Notes under the pieces: model-generated | Databases searched by the model: none | Told to the model about the DNA's origin: nothing | What the model saw: only the letters and a program-made list of their open reading frames with translations | Part shown: in pieces, positions 61,713 to 64,000 of the stretch | Layout: each line of letters opens with the position of its first letter | Position numbering within the stretch: the first letter of the stretch is position 1 | NCBI RefSeq assembly: GCF_943369875.1 | Contig: NZ_CALROT020000004.1 | Location: 101,765 to 165,764, forward strand | Origin: Vulcanococcus limneticus LL | GTDB taxonomy: Bacteria; Cyanobacteriota; Cyanobacteriia; PCC-6307; Cyanobiaceae | Direction of reading: 5' to 3' | Length of the DNA: 64,000 bases | Translations under genes and position numbers: made by a program

Positions 61713-62189
61713 TCAGCGGTCGAACAGCGCCTGGAGGATCAGGGCGGGCTTGTAGAGCACGAAGCCGATCAGGGCCGGCAACAGCTCCAGCTGGGGGGAG
61801 CGCGAGCTTGCCAGCACCAGCACCACCGGCACAAGCAGCTGGATCTTGCCCACCTTCTTGGAGCCGTTGCCGAGCTTGCTCACACTGCGGGCAAGGAGCC
61901 ACAGGTAGAGCAGGCCGGCGAGGGCACCCACCAGCAGACTGCCGGCGGTGGGGAGATCGAATCGCAAGGCCGTGAAGGCCACCGCCGCAGCGGAGACGAT
62001 CACGGTGGCGAGCAACAGGCGCTGCTGCAGTCGCCGGTAGTCGTCCAGCCCGCCATCGACGGCTGCCGAGGCGGCCGCAGGGTCCGCAGCGGCTGCTGCG
62101 GGGCTGGTGGACGGTGGAGTCTCCGAGGAGTCGGAGGCCACCGGGTCCAGGGCCAGGTCGGCAGGCTCGCCGGCGGGGGAACCGTTCAC
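61713..62189 (-). CDS. atpI: ATP synthase protein I (Atp1); start uncertain
   Basis: Four TM helices, LYLWLLARSV, GFVLYKPAL; first gene of the atp operon. Confidence 0.85.
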   Translation of the reverse strand: MNGSPAGEPADLALDPVASDSSETPPSTSPAAAAADPAAASAAVDGGLDDYRRLQQRLLLATVIVSAAAVAFTALRFDLPTAGSLLVGALAGLLYLWLLARSVSKLGNGSKKVGKIQLLVPVVLVLASSRSPQLELLPALIGFVLYKPALILQALFDR

Positions 62190-62287
62190 CAACCCGCCTT
62201 CCGATCCCGCTGAGGGGACGTCGTCGGGGGGGGAAAAGGGGCCTGCCTGCAAGGGCGCCGAGGCTCTGGAAAGGCGCGCGGAATCTA

Positions 62288-63535
62288 TCACGCAGCGTTA
62301 CAAGCCCCTGCCTGGAGCAGCAGAACCTGCTGCCCCTGCAGGGTTCTGGCCGTCTCCAGCAGCCGGGCCTGCTCCCAGCCCAGCGGCAGCTCACCCAGGG
62401 GCCTGGACAGCCCCCCGCCGGCCGTCTCGCCCGCCGCCCCGGAGGCCTCCACGGCCTGCAGCAGGGCCAGGCCATCGGCGCTCAGATCCAGGGGCGCCAT
62501 GTCCGAATCGAGCAGGGCGGTGCCGGGCCAGCCCCAGAGGCAGCGGTTGCGACGGCCGCGGGCCGCCAGCAGGGCTCCGTCGTCCGACCAGGCGTGCTGG
62601 GCCGCTTCCCCCTGGCTGAGGAAGAACTCGAAGTGGCTGATGTCCGGATCCAGGTCCTCCACCAGCTGCCACTGCTGGCGCGGGGGCAGGGCGCGGGCCC
62701 GCTCCAGCAGCTCTCCCTCCAGCAGCCGGGCCGGATCCCACACCTGGGGATTGGAGAATCCGGCGAAGTGCAGGTCCGCCGAGGCCACGAAGGCGAACAG
62801 GCGCTCGAGGTTGTAGCTCGTCTCCTGGGGGTGCAGGTACATGTCGGCGAAGTTGGCGTCGGCGGCGCAGTCAATGGCCCAGCGCTGCTCGTGGTGGCGC
62901 CGCAGCCGGTTGTGCTCGGGCAGCTCGGTGAACAGCCGGCGCCCCAGCCGCAGGCCCTCGGCGCCGCTGCCCACCCCCAGGGCCGTCAGGGCCCGCTGGC
63001 TGCGGTGGATCTCCCAGCGGCCCCCGTCGGCATAGAGAAAGAGATGCAGCAGGGCACCGGGGGCCAGCAGCGCGGCCAGGGCCCGCAGGCCCGCCTCCGG
63101 CTCGCGCAGGTGGTGCAGCACCCCCACCGAGTTGATGTAGTCGAAGGGGCCCTCGCCCTGGAGCTCCAGCAGGCTGCGGTTCTCGATCCGCACCGAGGCC
63201 TGGCGATCGCCGCCGGAGCGCCGCAGGCGCTCACGGGCCACCTCCAGGGTGCCGGGGGAGATGTCCACCGCCAGGATCTCGGCGCCGGGGTTGAGGTGGG
63301 CGAGGTAGTCGGTGCTCACCCCCGTGCCGCAGCCGGCATCGAGGATCCGCAGGGGCCGGCCCTCGGGTCGCTGGGGCGGCAGGGCACCGGTGCTCGCCGC
63401 GTAGGCGGTATCCACGCACCAGCGCCAGTTGTATCCGGGCGGCGGGCCGTCCTGCAGCGGATCCCCGGGGTAGGGGAAGCGGTCGTAGAAGGCGCTCACC
63501 ACCGGCGTGGCGGCATCGGCCGGGGACTGGGTCAT
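62288..63535 (-). CDS. Class I SAM-dependent methyltransferase
   Basis: FYDRFPYP, ILDAGCGTG, FDYINSVGVLHHL, FADMYLHPQE. Confidence 0.9.
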   Translation of the reverse strand: MTQSPADAATPVVSAFYDRFPYPGDPLQDGPPPGYNWRWCVDTAYAASTGALPPQRPEGRPLRILDAGCGTGVSTDYLAHLNPGAEILAVDISPGTLEVARERLRRSGGDRQASVRIENRSLLELQGEGPFDYINSVGVLHHLREPEAGLRALAALLAPGALLHLFLYADGGRWEIHRSQRALTALGVGSGAEGLRLGRRLFTELPEHNRLRRHHEQRWAIDCAADANFADMYLHPQETSYNLERLFAFVASADLHFAGFSNPQVWDPARLLEGELLERARALPPRQQWQLVEDLDPDISHFEFFLSQGEAAQHAWSDDGALLAARGRRNRCLWGWPGTALLDSDMAPLDLSADGLALLQAVEASGAAGETAGGGLSRPLGELPLGWEQARLLETARTLQGQQVLLLQAGACNAA

Positions 63536-63632
63536 GGCAGGGGAAACAAGCGGAGCAGGACCGCCGGCACGGGGACCTGCTGGGGCGAGCTTTTCATGGC
63601 CCCAGCCGGGGTGCAGCAGGGGATCACGTCAG

Positions 63633-63650
63633 GCTGCAAACATTTGTTCA
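63633..63650 (-). promoter_or_regulatory. Degenerate HLR1-like (RpaB) direct repeat upstream of apcE
   Basis: TGAACAAA-TG-TTTGCAGC versus the (G/T)TTACA(T/A)(T/A)-N2 repeat, with several mismatches; TAAGTT -10-like box at 63681. Confidence 0.3.
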
Positions 63651-63711
63651 TGGCCGGCCGGGGGGCCAGAGGGGCAGCCGTAAGTTGCCTTGGCCCGGTT
63701 CGCTCTCCTCC

Positions 63712-64000
63712 ATGACTGTGACCGCCAGCAGCGGCAGCAGCAGGGTTGCACCCCAGCGCTACGACACCCTGCCGCTCTCCAGCGTCCGTCAGGCGGAACA
63801 GCAGGATCGCTTCCCCGACGGCACTGAGCTGCAGACGCTCGCCACCTTCTTCGAGAGCGGCAAGCTCCGCCTCGAGGCCGCCCGTCGCCTCTCGGCCAAC
63901 GCCGAGGCGATCGTGGCCCGTGCCGCCAACCGCATCTTCGCGGGGGGCACGCCGCTCTCCTATCTGGATGCGCCCCTGAGTCCGGCCGCCAGCGAGGAGA
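63712..64000 (+). CDS. apcE: Phycobilisome core-membrane linker ApcE, 5' part (runs off the window)
   Basis: Translated by hand: MTVTASSGSSRVAPQRYDTLPLSSVRQAEQQDRFPDGTELQTLATFFESG..RLEAARRLSANAEAIVARAANRIFAGGTPLSYL; missing from the supplied ORF track because it has no stop. Confidence 0.95.
   Translation, partial: MTVTASSGSSRVAPQRYDTLPLSSVRQAEQQDRFPDGTELQTLATFFESGKLRLEAARRLSANAEAIVARAANRIFAGGTPLSYLDAPLSPAASEE

Overview
High-GC (~70%) freshwater-type picocyanobacterial chromosome, most like Cyanobium / Synechococcus subcluster 5.2 (inferred from gene content, synteny and codon usage). About 75% of the window is conserved housekeeping DNA: rnz, psbV, petF, prmA, serA, tRNA-Val(GAC), murD, rpoZ, ftrV, pyrR, gpmI, secG, msrB, amt, groEL/groES with a CIRCE box, atpD-atpC, psrp-3, pepP, nadD-nadE, ald, the atpI-B-E-F2-F-H-A-G operon and the 5' end of apcE. 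The exception is a ~15 kb accessory block (28.5-43.6 kb) between atpC and psrp-3, with a lower-GC interior and host-like ends. It encodes a TerY-P-like triad (YegI-type Ser/Thr kinase, TerY vWA protein, PP2C phosphatase that here is membrane-anchored with an extracytoplasmic tail), an FHA-fused bifunctional class A penicillin-binding protein, and a degenerate FHA membrane protein. It also carries seven membrane proteins that share an unrecognised ~100-aa N-terminal helical domain but end in different outputs: rhomboid-like, NTF2-like (three, one a pseudogene), SPOR-like, Zn amidase and an unknown beta-rich domain. I interpret this as a candidate undescribed phosphorylation-controlled cell-envelope surveillance, remodelling or defence system with a shuffled receptor/effector array. 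One array member is a frameshifted chimera fused to what looks like the 3' end of an older, host-like PP2C copy. Outside the island, the amt gene has Glu in place of the first twin-His residue and an NtcA-type palindrome upstream. No integrase, transposase, CRISPR array or rRNA was seen. All family assignments come from motif recognition by eye; no database search was run.
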